Shown: in pieces, positions 9,223 through 18,464 of the stretch
How the letters are laid out: each line of letters opens with the position of its first letter
Numbering within the stretch: the first letter of the stretch is position 1
Source of the DNA: Bdellovibrionota bacterium
Lineage (GTDB): Bacteria; Bdellovibrionota_C; UBA2361; JBGSMV01
Length of the DNA stretch: 64,000 nucleotides
Direction of reading: 5' to 3'
Assembly (NCBI GenBank): GCA_044356455.1
Contig: JBIKWF010000008.1
Location: 15,304-79,303, forward strand
Notes under the pieces: generated by a model
Seen by the model: only the letters and a program-made list of their open reading frames with translations
The model's database searches: none
Told to the model about the DNA's origin: nothing
Position numbers and translations under genes: made by a program

Positions 9223-10974
9223 TTAGGCGAGATCTCGTCCAACTTCTTCCAAGCGAGCCAAGAGCTTCTCCACCGCTTCTTCGGTGTTGTGTTCCATCAC
9301 GTGCACATGCAGTCCGTCGAACGCCGAGGAAGCGTCAGAAGTTCTTAGTGGACCATCTTCCGGAAGACGAGCGCGAAGGATCGGCGAGTAGGCCACCATA
9401 AGATGGTCCTTGGGGTTTTGATTAATGCGCGAAGCCGTTTCCCAATTCGCGTCTGCGCGAGAGCTCGTGCTTGTCCACGCCACGACAGAGGTTTGAGGCT
9501 CAACCACTAATCGATAATACGGACTTTTGCGGAGACCATGAGCGAAAAGCCGACTAAGATCGATAATTCGCTGTCTGCTTTCACGTAGCCCCTGAAGTCC
9601 TTGTTGAAGGAGGTATGCGTACATAGACAAAACGGGTGCGGCGCCTCTTGAGGTAAGCATGTGCGCATGAGCAACAAGAGACTGCTTCTCGTCGCTGTGA
9701 TTCACCTGTGGAATATGCCCGGGCGCCTGTAAAGCCTTGAGATCGGTAAAGTCTCTTAGGAGCAAGAGACTATGGTCATAGGGCAATTCAATTTTTTGAG
9801 GATCAATCACCAGAGCTCGAATATTAGGACACGCAAAGTCCCAGGGAATATCCCCGTCAAGCATGGCCAAGTTAAGCCACTGGGCTGCGGCGTCGGCAAT
9901 AATAGGGGGGCAATACCCATGCCCTGAGCAGAGATCTGAAACTTGCGCATCGACGGGAGTAGGGTCGTGCGCTAAGCCGCGCTCCGTATCGCCCATCACA
10001 ATCGCATGAGCGAGTATTTTTCCGCCGGAATCGTGGATGTCGGAAATGGTCTTAGCCACCGACGCAGAGCAGGGGCGAAACTGTTCATCTACCGCATAGA
10101 ATCTAAGTTGGTCTCTACCGAGTCCTACTGCCTCAACTGCTTTCACGAGTGCTGAATTGTTAGTGACCGAGGCGAGCAGCATGGGAGTTGGAATATCCGG
10201 GCGTGCACGAGCTTGGGCGAGGCCCTCCTTACGAAGATCAAAGCCGTACTGCGCGTAATAGCGAACAAGGTAGAGTATTAGTGCTTGCTGAAGTGACTGA
10301 GTGGCAGATTTCAGTACTAACATTCCGCCTTCAGAAGGCTGAGGGTGCCTGAAAAGGTTTAGCAGCATGCGTTCCGTGCTGTGCACCGCCGACCACGTGC
10401 CGCCGAAGGAAAAGGGCATGGCAAGGTTTGGGTTCTGAGATCTGATGATCTGGTCGTGTATGGCCGCGGGGAAGGGGTGAACTAGGGTGATCGGCCGAGC
10501 AAGCGCTTCGCCGGTGCCCATTTGGTATCTATCGCGTGCCCCAAGTGTTTGCAGGCTCTCGAGGATCTTAGCTTCTGAAATACCGTGCTGTGGAATGTGA
10601 CTTATCTCTGCTGGATCAAGACAGACAGAAGTTCTTGGAGGAACAAGCGTTTTAGGATCGGCCTGAAGCTCCTTTTCGAGGAAGGCGCATTCGGCTTCAG
10701 TGAGAAGCCCTCCCCTTGTCATAAAATGCAAGCTAAAGAGTACTTGGTTAAAAGGAAACCTCCGCAGGCGCACCCGCAGCTGCTCCGTATCTCCGTGAGC
10801 ACCATTACTTGCAGAGAGCCCAGGTAAAGAAGCAGCGAAGGAAACGAGATCCAGCGCAAGATCAGGATTAGGATATCCCAAACCTTCATCTGCGTGGCTT
10901 CGTGTGCCCATTTGAATAAGCGGCAAGAAACTTGTGGTGGCGTGCTGATTCGATGGAGAGGGGGTATTCATCAT
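9223..10974 (-). CDS. hypothetical protein with weak resemblance to the group II PLP-dependent decarboxylase fold; the catalytic-lysine motif appears absent
   Basis: 583 aa. The C-terminal stretch SLVAHAHMLTSRGAAP...YYRLVVEPQTSVVAWTS resembles a decarboxylase C-terminal domain. The segment DLCSGHGYCPP sits where the NPHK Lys motif would be. This is judged by eye only. Confidence 0.4.
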   Translation of the reverse strand: MMNTPSPSNQHATTSFLPLIQMGTRSHADEGLGYPNPDLALDLVSFAASLPGLSASNGAHGDTEQLRVRLRRFPFNQVLFSLHFMTRGGLLTEAECAFLEKELQADPKTLVPPRTSVCLDPAEISHIPQHGISEAKILESLQTLGARDRYQMGTGEALARPITLVHPFPAAIHDQIIRSQNPNLAMPFSFGGTWSAVHSTERMLLNLFRHPQPSEGGMLVLKSATQSLQQALILYLVRYYAQYGFDLRKEGLAQARARPDIPTPMLLASVTNNSALVKAVEAVGLGRDQLRFYAVDEQFRPCSASVAKTISDIHDSGGKILAHAIVMGDTERGLAHDPTPVDAQVSDLCSGHGYCPPIIADAAAQWLNLAMLDGDIPWDFACPNIRALVIDPQKIELPYDHSLLLLRDFTDLKALQAPGHIPQVNHSDEKQSLVAHAHMLTSRGAAPVLSMYAYLLQQGLQGLRESRQRIIDLSRLFAHGLRKSPYYRLVVEPQTSVVAWTSTSSRADANWETASRINQNPKDHLMVAYSPILRARLPEDGPLRTSDASSAFDGLHVHVMEHNTEEAVEKLLARLEEVGRDLA

Positions 10975-11171
10975 AGGAAATACCCGCGTATGTTAATCCA
11001 GCCGCGTAGGCTAAGCAGCATCCTGATTAGAAAAAATGAAAATGAATTGCGACGCAGCCTTGGACGCCACGAATAATTTCATGGGTTTGATTGCAGGATT
11101 GAGTTTAAAGACAGCTTTTAAGTTGAAATCTGCTCTGAACGTTGAAGATCCTCTAACTATTCGATCGTAGG

Positions 11172-12758
11172 CTAGTCGCACATGCGCGGTATTAAGAACC
11201 AATTCAAGTCGTTCTTTTTCCCACGCGAGTCGCCGTCGCTTACTGATTCAATCTCGCCATTCGCCTCGTTGAAAGAAAGCTCCTTGATCATAGGGCTTCT
11301 CGTCCACGAAGTACCCGAGTCCTTTTGGTGGAAGATGAGGTAGTAACGATCTTCAGCGACACTTTTAAAAACTTCGCCGTGGCCATAACTGCGCCCGAGA
11401 TATTGTCCTCGTCCGTTTACCGGTAGATTTCTCTCGGAAGAAAACACGAGCTGCGATTCCGGAATAAGTTCATCATCCCACTTCGCCATGGCAAGTTCCC
11501 GAAAGGAGCGAGCTTTGCGATAAACCATATTGTAACCTTGCGCACTCGTCGGGTTGCGCGTGAAAACCAAGTAATACCAGCCCTTGCGAAAGAAAACCGC
11601 TGGCCCTTCAGATATGCAATACGTTTGAGTACCCGTCTCGCCAAAACAGCCGTTGTAGATTGCGGGCCAGTTGTTGACGTTGCGGTTGAGTGAATGTGGA
11701 AGGAGCTCATAGCTCTTCGCATCCAGTTCATAAGGCGAAATAAGGGGGAAGGAGGCAATGTTAAATCCCTCGAAGCGAGAATCAATTCCTCCCTCCCAAA
11801 CATAGAGAAGTCTTCGGCGATTCCCCTCTTGAGGGTCGAAAAACACATATGAATCAAGAGCCGCAAAAGTGCGATCTTCAATATACTGTATCGAGCTTAG
11901 CGGATAGGGCGGCAAAGCGGTTGAGGTGAACCCCAGCATAGTGCGGAACCCCGGTCTTCCAAGTGAATTCGCCAGCTCGCCAAGATGAGGACCTTGGTTC
12001 CGGCGAGTTGCGGACGTAGGAATGAGTCGCATCCCTGCTCCTTGTGCCCAGCCCCCATCGTAGCGCATTTCAGCGGCCGGGTCGTTATTCACTCGGTAGC
12101 CATAGAGGCGAGGTTCGGCGGCGCCTCCATCACTCGCAGAGGCAAAGAACCCTCCTTGTCCGAACGAAGTACGACTGATGGAGGCCACAAATACAGTCTG
12201 CCAGGCGTACGAGCCTCCCGCGTTGCAATTGCCCAAATCGGCAAAACATTCGGTAGCGGAAAAACTAATAAAAATTCTGCTGGGGACAAGGGGATCCACG
12301 TAGAGGTGGGGTGCCCACAGATCTTTAAACTCTCTTCCGTTAATGCGTATTCTATCTCCGGAGCGACTCAGCTCCGAAAACGCCATACGCCGTAGCCTCC
12401 AGTCCGTAAGATCGCTTGAGGCGAGAAGTGCAAAATTTGCAACGCCAAAATTATCGGAGGTCCCCGTCGCCCAATACTCCCCTCCATACGTCATCACGGA
12501 GGGATCGGGCAGAATGAGCCTTTCTCCGCTATTTGAGAAATTGAAGCGTCCCTCATGAATGTTTGGGACTAGGCAATAGGGGCCGTTCGTGTCGGATGCG
12601 TAGCTCGCGTTTACCGGGTAACTTCCAACTCCTGGACATGCTGCGGTTTGGCAGCTGACAGCAGGCATCTTGTCTGCAGAAAGCACGGGCTGTGCTTCTA
12701 CCTGAGTACCCGCACCGATGATTAGATAGGTGCTAAGAACTGCCGCTACTAGCCGCAT
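11172..12758 (-). CDS. secreted glycoside hydrolase family 43-like 5-bladed beta-propeller protein
   Basis: Signal peptide. GH43-type motifs include ISEGPAVFFRKGWYYLVFT (EGP acid/base motif) and DP/WAPH segments. Confidence 0.55.
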   Translation of the reverse strand: MRLVAAVLSTYLIIGAGTQVEAQPVLSADKMPAVSCQTAACPGVGSYPVNASYASDTNGPYCLVPNIHEGRFNFSNSGERLILPDPSVMTYGGEYWATGTSDNFGVANFALLASSDLTDWRLRRMAFSELSRSGDRIRINGREFKDLWAPHLYVDPLVPSRIFISFSATECFADLGNCNAGGSYAWQTVFVASISRTSFGQGGFFASASDGGAAEPRLYGYRVNNDPAAEMRYDGGWAQGAGMRLIPTSATRRNQGPHLGELANSLGRPGFRTMLGFTSTALPPYPLSSIQYIEDRTFAALDSYVFFDPQEGNRRRLLYVWEGGIDSRFEGFNIASFPLISPYELDAKSYELLPHSLNRNVNNWPAIYNGCFGETGTQTYCISEGPAVFFRKGWYYLVFTRNPTSAQGYNMVYRKARSFRELAMAKWDDELIPESQLVFSSERNLPVNGRGQYLGRSYGHGEVFKSVAEDRYYLIFHQKDSGTSWTRSPMIKELSFNEANGEIESVSDGDSRGKKNDLNWFLIPRMCD

Positions 12759-12948
12759 AGTGCCTCAAGAAAATTATCAATGCGCATCGGAGAACACGCC
12801 TGTTTATTCACCTCTTAAGAGTCGCCGGGCGAGGATTCCGTTGCTCTCAATGTCGCCGATAAAAAAATACGTGATTCTCATTGCTTAGCCTGCGTTTTTC
12901 GCAGCGCTACTGGCCAAAATCGATTGGCTTTTAAAAACGGAGGTATTT

Positions 12949-13084
12949 TAGGGAGCCTCTGAAAAACTGACCTCTGTGTACCTCTGAGTCTCTGTGGTGA
13001 AATTTTCATGAAGAAATTCACCAGAGACGACACGGAGGTACACAGAGGTGTATTAAGACTGAAGGCTTTCGGAGGTTCCCTAGA
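12949..13084. repeat. MITE-like dispersed repeat, copy C (subfamily with ctctgtgtacctc...gaggtacacagag palindromic core)
   Basis: Termini tagggagcctctgaaaaactg ... ctttcggaggttccctag. The right terminus supplies the TAG stop of hipA. Confidence 0.7.
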
Positions 13085-14303
13085 GTAGTTCCCCCAAGTC
13101 CCCCCGCCGCTTGTGCATCATCTTCCGAAGGTCAATTGTTTGTTTCTCCGTGAGACCAATTTCTGCCAAGCGTTCGATCCAGGGCGAAGATTTCTCAACA
13201 AGATCTGACAGAATACGGCGCATAGCAGGAGCGCGTACTCCGCAGCGTTCTCCGAAAGCAATAAAATCTCGCGCTTTAAGATTGTCGTCGCGGCCTTCAA
13301 AGCTAAGCGCCATGGTGCGATCGCCGTAGGGAAGCGTTGCGACAAGATCATAAGCGGGGGTGAGGCGTATCGAACCTGTGCCTGGATCGGTAGCGAGACT
13401 AATATTCTTGGCGTGCAAATCTCCGTTAGTGATGAGGTAAGAGAAAGCCTTTAATCGTAAAAGCTTGGCGCATTCAACTATTGGTGCGGAACTACGCGAG
13501 GCTATTCCTTCTGCTATCTCACGAAAGCTGAGGCGGTATTTATCTGCGGGGTATCGGTCGAGAAATTGGCAGGCGTCTTCCTGATGGATTTTCTCAGCTT
13601 TCTTTGTGATTTTATTGAAACGTCGATCGAAGCGTTCGAGAAGAAGTCCTGACGAGCCCCCGCGGTCCTTTACGAGCATACAGCGAGGTACTTCGAGACC
13701 GCAGGCGCGCGCCATTTCTGTGAAAAAGAATTCGTTTTCTGCAATTCTGGGAAATTCAGGAGGGCTGAGTTTAAGAATGCAAAAGCGCCGGCGCATTTTC
13801 ACCTGCACCGGGAACGAAATCATGCCGGCAGAAATCTTTGGTTGTATTCCCGCTATGGTCAGGTCTCTTGCCCGCTCTGCCGGATCTTGGGCAGCGATGG
13901 CTTTTTGAAAAAGCTCATGGAAGTTAACCTGCTCAAGTTCATAGGCCTCACCTTTCATAGTAGGAGGGGAAGTATCGGGGGCAGTTACCGAGATGTCTCC
14001 GATGATATCCCCGCCGCTTCCAAGGAGCAGACTAAAGAGGTCATCCTCAGAGGTCTTTAGTATCGTGCGCAGTGCTTTAAGGCGCAGTCCTTCGGGAAGT
14101 AATCCCGCGAAGAAAGGATGCAGGTTTGAGCCCGTGACTTCATACGTCCGTCTGCGTGGTGGCATCGTGTAGGAGACACCCTCGCTCTCTGGGGCCGCAG
14201 CATCAAAGTAGGTGAATGTTGCGCCAAGTGCCGTGCGGCGTAGTTCGCCGATGAGGGCTTCACCTTTATAGACGTGAGCAGTGCTGAGAGCCTTAGGTTC
14301 CAT
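13080..14303 (-). CDS. hipA: HipA family serine/threonine kinase toxin
   Basis: HipA N-terminal and C-terminal kinase domains, with the catalytic motif NGDLHAKNISL. Confidence 0.9.
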   Translation of the reverse strand: MEPKALSTAHVYKGEALIGELRRTALGATFTYFDAAAPESEGVSYTMPPRRRTYEVTGSNLHPFFAGLLPEGLRLKALRTILKTSEDDLFSLLLGSGGDIIGDISVTAPDTSPPTMKGEAYELEQVNFHELFQKAIAAQDPAERARDLTIAGIQPKISAGMISFPVQVKMRRRFCILKLSPPEFPRIAENEFFFTEMARACGLEVPRCMLVKDRGGSSGLLLERFDRRFNKITKKAEKIHQEDACQFLDRYPADKYRLSFREIAEGIASRSSAPIVECAKLLRLKAFSYLITNGDLHAKNISLATDPGTGSIRLTPAYDLVATLPYGDRTMALSFEGRDDNLKARDFIAFGERCGVRAPAMRRILSDLVEKSSPWIERLAEIGLTEKQTIDLRKMMHKRRGDLGELL

Positions 14304-14324
14304 CGAAGCGAGGCTCCTTGAGAG

Positions 14325-14573
14325 TTAGGGTTTCTTAACGACAAGAAGTTCTTTGCCCTTGGTCAGCGTGAGAGAGAGACCAAGCACTTCAAGAACAGTG
14401 AAAAGCTTTTCGAGTCTTACGGAGGGCTTCCCGCGTTCAAGCTGGTTAACAAAGGTAAGCCCGCAGCCGGCGAACTCGGCGAGTTCCGTCTGAGTAAGGG
14501 AAAGGCGCTGCCTTTCGGCGCGGATAGCCTTGCCAAGGGCTAGGAAGTGGTCGTTTTTATGCGATTGCATCAT
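14325..14573 (-). CDS. hipB: HipB-like XRE-family HTH antitoxin
   Basis: The HTH LSLTQTELAEFAGCGLTFVNQLERGK lies directly upstream of hipA. The ATG at 14573 is preferred over the TTG at 14594. Confidence 0.8.
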   Translation of the reverse strand: MMQSHKNDHFLALGKAIRAERQRLSLTQTELAEFAGCGLTFVNQLERGKPSVRLEKLFTVLEVLGLSLTLTKGKELLVVKKP

Positions 14574-14616
14574 TCTAGCTATAATGATGCTCAATCGCAG
14601 CTAAAGCAACATGAAA

Positions 14617-14691
14617 TTATGCGATCGTATAAAAAACAAAGTTATAGCTTAAAATGGTCTGCGCACCGCCAATAATTATGCGAAAGCATAA
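14617..14691. promoter_or_regulatory. two palindromic operator-like sites upstream of hipB
   Basis: TTATGCGATCGTATAA at 14617-14632 and the perfect palindrome TTATGC-GAAA-GCATAA at 14676-14691, lying 45-120 bp upstream of hipB. Confidence 0.45.
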
Positions 14692-15058
14692 AAATGATGC
14701 AGTTTGAAATCGGAGAGGCTCCTGGTACAGCCTCCTGGGACACCCAAGTTCTACAGTCCTTCAGAATGGGTCAGGCTTAGGCTTGTCTGACTAACCATTC
14801 GCAATTACGAGCAAAAACAAATAACCGCGTGTGGTGTAGAGCAAGGGAGGGAGTCCTAAGGCGCTGCTGCCGCTAAAGTACCCTTAAGCGATCCCGGTCG
14901 CCGAAGTTGAGATTGCTTAGCCCTCTACTCCTCAATCAGGGGCTCTTGAGCTTGACCACGAAGAAAGAGTGGGGAAGGTTACTTGCGGTGAGTATCGGAG
15001 ATATTGCTTGAATAAGTGTCCCTTCATTACTTCTTTCTTAGAGCGTGTTCTCTTAGGC

Positions 15059-16483
15059 TCGATGATTGCTCTAGTCATTCAGATGAGCATGTTCGCAGCT
15101 CACGGGTTTGCCGAAACACTCGTGATTCCAAGTGTGGAGGAGACCGCGCTTTCGGGCCGCGGTATCGGGTACAGTGCCCCGGCAGTAGCAGAACTTGACG
15201 GCAATGGTTCAAATGGAAGGGAGATAGTGCTTGGTGGATCAGATGGAGTGCTCCATGCGCTAAGAGCAGACGGAACCGAGCTGTGGACGGTCAATCTTCC
15301 TGGCTCTGATTGCCCCCTCTCTCCTCAAAAGGACAAGCTTTACTCCTCTCCTGTCGTTGGGGCTCTCAGAGGGGACGGTGTCCCCTACGTAGTAGTCGGC
15401 TACGGAGGATTCAAAAGTGCAAAATGTGAAGGCGGAGTTGCTGCGTATAGAGGCAGCGATGGGACTCTCTTCTGGAATTTCAGCGTGAAGGATTTCGCCC
15501 AAAAGAAGGGCTTCTTCGCTTATCGCACCATGGTGTTTTCGACCCCCGCCCTTGCGGATGTTAATGGTGATGGGACGCTTGAGGTAGGGTTCGGTGCATT
15601 TGATCGAAATGTATACCTATTAAATTCAGATGGAACGTTACGGTGGTATTACCACGCCGCGGATACCGTATGGTCATCTCCCGTTTTTGCCAATGTTGAT
15701 GGCGATTCGAACCTTGAGATGATTATCGGAACAGACATAACAAAAAACGGCGCTCTCGTTCCACCGACTCAAGATGGTGGTTTCTTGTACGCGTTTGACA
15801 CGCAAGTTGTATCTGGTGGGTTTGTTCCCTTCCGAGATCCTCAAAAGAAAATAACAAAGTGGCGCCGTTATTTCGATCAGGTGGTCTACTCCAGTCCTGT
15901 TATCGGAGAGCTGCTACCTTCAAAGCGCGGGAAAGAAATTGTTATTGGGAGTGGGTGCTATTTCCCCACTCAGTCTCTCCCGCGTAAGGGGAACGAATAT
16001 CGTGTGCTTAGTCTAAAAACCGGCAAGGTTCGTAAACGAATAAGTACTCCGCTCTGCTCCGCATCTTCAGCGGCAATTGGAGATATCAATAACGATGGCG
16101 TACCTGACATTGTTTTGATGATTGATGCCGATATCGCAAATGGTGGTGACGGGAAGGGGACTGTCATGGCGATAACACCAGAGACGGGCGCCACGCTCTG
16201 GAGCGTCTCTACGCGGGCGCTCTTCCCATTTCAATCTCCTGTGCTCGCCGATCTTGGAGGAGATGGCACTCTGGAGGTTGTCGTTTCAGAAGCTACTTCG
16301 CTTGCAATTCTTAGCGGCGCCACCGGCGCGGTGATGAATCGAATCCGGCTGCCTGGCACGGTGCAATCAACCGCGGCGGTAGCCGATCTTGAAGGGAACG
16401 GACTTGTTGACATTGTTTCCGCTGGAGGCAAAGGGGGAGACGGCGGCCTGTATGTGCTCAGAGATATTTCGGTGGCGGAGTGA
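15059..16483 (+). CDS. secreted FG-GAP / integrin-alpha-like beta-propeller repeat protein
   Basis: Repeats DVNGDGTLEV, DINNDGVPDIV, DLGGDGTLEVVV and DLEGNGLVDIV. A signal-peptide-like start MIALVIQMSMFAAHGFA. The track ORF begins further upstream, at 14969. Confidence 0.65.
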   Translation, partial: SMIALVIQMSMFAAHGFAETLVIPSVEETALSGRGIGYSAPAVAELDGNGSNGREIVLGGSDGVLHALRADGTELWTVNLPGSDCPLSPQKDKLYSSPVVGALRGDGVPYVVVGYGGFKSAKCEGGVAAYRGSDGTLFWNFSVKDFAQKKGFFAYRTMVFSTPALADVNGDGTLEVGFGAFDRNVYLLNSDGTLRWYYHAADTVWSSPVFANVDGDSNLEMIIGTDITKNGALVPPTQDGGFLYAFDTQVVSGGFVPFRDPQKKITKWRRYFDQVVYSSPVIGELLPSKRGKEIVIGSGCYFPTQSLPRKGNEYRVLSLKTGKVRKRISTPLCSASSAAIGDINNDGVPDIVLMIDADIANGGDGKGTVMAITPETGATLWSVSTRALFPFQSPVLADLGGDGTLEVVVSEATSLAILSGATGAVMNRIRLPGTVQSTAAVADLEGNGLVDIVSAGGKGGDGGLYVLRDISVAE

Positions 16484-16794
16484 GCGCAGCTGCTATCGCC
16501 CTTTATCCGCGGATTGTAAACAGTAGGAGCAAGCTACGCCGGGCATGCCGAGTTATAGGGCTTGTTCCTGGTAGCGGCGAGGGGTGTGCCCCATAGGCAC
16601 ATAAGTCTGGATTTTGGACATAACCCCTTGTTAGGCTGCTCGTCTACCAGCGTGGCATGTCGTCGTAGAAATTTTCTACGGGAAAGACTCCTAGGATTGC
16701 CAAGAATGAAAGCGGTCACTCAGATCCTGGTAGGGAAGAACTTATAACGACTTGTGGGAACTAAGGACCACAGTCCAAAGAGTGTGCTTGGGGT

Positions 16795-17511
16795 GTGGCT
16801 ATGATCATAGTTCGAAAGAATGAGGTTGCTCTCGTTGAACGTCTTGGAAAGTATCTTTCTACACGTGGTCCTGGGATGCACTTCATAGTTCCGCTTATCG
16901 ATCGTGTTTGCGCTCGTCTGCCACTGAGCGATCAAGACATAGCGATTCATGCAAAGGACTATAGAACTTCAGATGCAGTGACGATTGAAGTTGAGATGTT
17001 GCTTAGCTTTGCGATTGTGGACCCAAGGCAGGCGTATTATGGCGTAAAGGATTTTCGAGCAGCAGCCCAGCAAGAGCTACACCGCGCGGGGGAATCCCTG
17101 TTCGCGAACTACAGTCTTGATGAGTGTTTCCAAAATAGGAAGCAGATTGGAGATAGGCTTAATGATTCGGTAAGAGCGGCTTTTAAATCATGGGGTATCG
17201 AGGCAAAGAAGATAGCGGTAACCAATATCATCATGCCCGCTGAGCTTGTTAAAGTCATGGAGAAGCAGCTGAACGAAGAGAGAGCAAGACGGACCCAGCT
17301 GATCGATGAACAACGTGCGCGATTCGCCAAACGATCTAAGGAGAACCTTGTCGGTTCGTGCGTGAGGATTAGTTCCGACATACTTGCAAAGAGTTATGGC
17401 ACGGCTTGGTTCGAGGGGAGTGAGTGGCCGGTATTCAATAGCGGAGATAAAACTCTTCGGGCGGACAGCGAGGTAGCAATTTCGAAAGTGAACTGGCTTT
17501 TTGAAGTCTAA
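16795..17511 (+). CDS. SPFH/band-7 (stomatin/HflK-like) domain protein
   Basis: Typical SPFH core VTIEVEMLLSFAIVDP...AKKIAVTNIIMPAELVKVMEKQ. Confidence 0.75.
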   Translation: MAMIIVRKNEVALVERLGKYLSTRGPGMHFIVPLIDRVCARLPLSDQDIAIHAKDYRTSDAVTIEVEMLLSFAIVDPRQAYYGVKDFRAAAQQELHRAGESLFANYSLDECFQNRKQIGDRLNDSVRAAFKSWGIEAKKIAVTNIIMPAELVKVMEKQLNEERARRTQLIDEQRARFAKRSKENLVGSCVRISSDILAKSYGTAWFEGSEWPVFNSGDKTLRADSEVAISKVNWLFEV

Positions 17512-17578
17512 TAGGAGACGGAATTTCAAATAATCAAGGGCCATTTTTAAAAACTACCTTTGGACAACTAAGAGCCAA

Positions 17579-18427
17579 ATGGGAGATCCAAAAAATAATG
17601 ATCCACGTTACCCGGGAAAGGTAAGCCTGAAACTGTGGTCTGTCGGTTTTGTTTGCTGCCTCATTCTTGTAGTGGGAAGAGCGTGGAGTTTCTTTGCTGC
17701 GGCTCCCTGGGGCAACCCCGTGCCTGGAGACCTTCGTGGACCTGATCACTATTACGCAAGGACTCTTTCCTTTCGTGAAGGGCGAGACGCATTTCAAAAG
17801 CTCACCTTGGCCCAAGGACAGTCGGAGTCAGCTGCGCGCGAGCTTCTGCGGATTGTTTCTCAGTCATTCATCCACAAAGCAGATGGCCCTTATTACTTGG
17901 GCTTTTTTGATAACTGGATCATGTGGGTACGTAGCCTGACGGATCCGCGCGCAAAGATTTCTCAGGACGGCGAATTCTTGTGGCGGGTTGGTTACGGATT
18001 TTGTGACCAAGCAGCAACTGTTTACGTCTCACTCGCCAAGCAGCTTGGGTTTCGTGCCCGTATACTTTGGCTAGAGGGACATGTGGTAGCAGAAGTTCTT
18101 GTGCCGAACCTTGGGGGAAGGATTGTCGACCCTGACCTTGGCATATGGTGGGATTTTTCTTCGGCTGAGCTTGCACAAGGTATTTCCCAAACTCGTATTG
18201 CTAATGAAATTCTTGCTGCGGGATATGATAATGAGCTCGCGCAAAAGATAGCCCAAATTTATGTGAGCACGGAGGATAACAAACTCACCGCTTTGCCCTA
18301 TTTGCCAGAGCTATATCGATTTGAGGCAATTTCCAGTTGGCTGAGCCTGCTACTTCCAAGCCTGGGACTATTGTGGTGCGGCGGGTGCCTATTACATTCG
18401 AGGGCTTACAAGAATAGTACGCGCTGA
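17579..18427 (+). CDS. membrane-anchored transglutaminase-like cysteine protease superfamily protein
   Basis: N-terminal TM segment. The Cys-His-Asp core reads GYGFCDQAATVYVSL...EGHVVAEVLV...DPDLGIWW. Confidence 0.55.
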   Translation: MGDPKNNDPRYPGKVSLKLWSVGFVCCLILVVGRAWSFFAAAPWGNPVPGDLRGPDHYYARTLSFREGRDAFQKLTLAQGQSESAARELLRIVSQSFIHKADGPYYLGFFDNWIMWVRSLTDPRAKISQDGEFLWRVGYGFCDQAATVYVSLAKQLGFRARILWLEGHVVAEVLVPNLGGRIVDPDLGIWWDFSSAELAQGISQTRIANEILAAGYDNELAQKIAQIYVSTEDNKLTALPYLPELYRFEAISSWLSLLLPSLGLLWCGGCLLHSRAYKNSTR

Positions 18428-18464
18428 TTTCTTAATCTTTCGGAATCGAATAAAGTCCAACCTT

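Noticed and set aside
16540-16700. TGGCAT-containing segment in the 16484-16794 intergenic region as a sigma-54 promoter
   Set aside because: No TTGC-like -12 element at the correct spacing.
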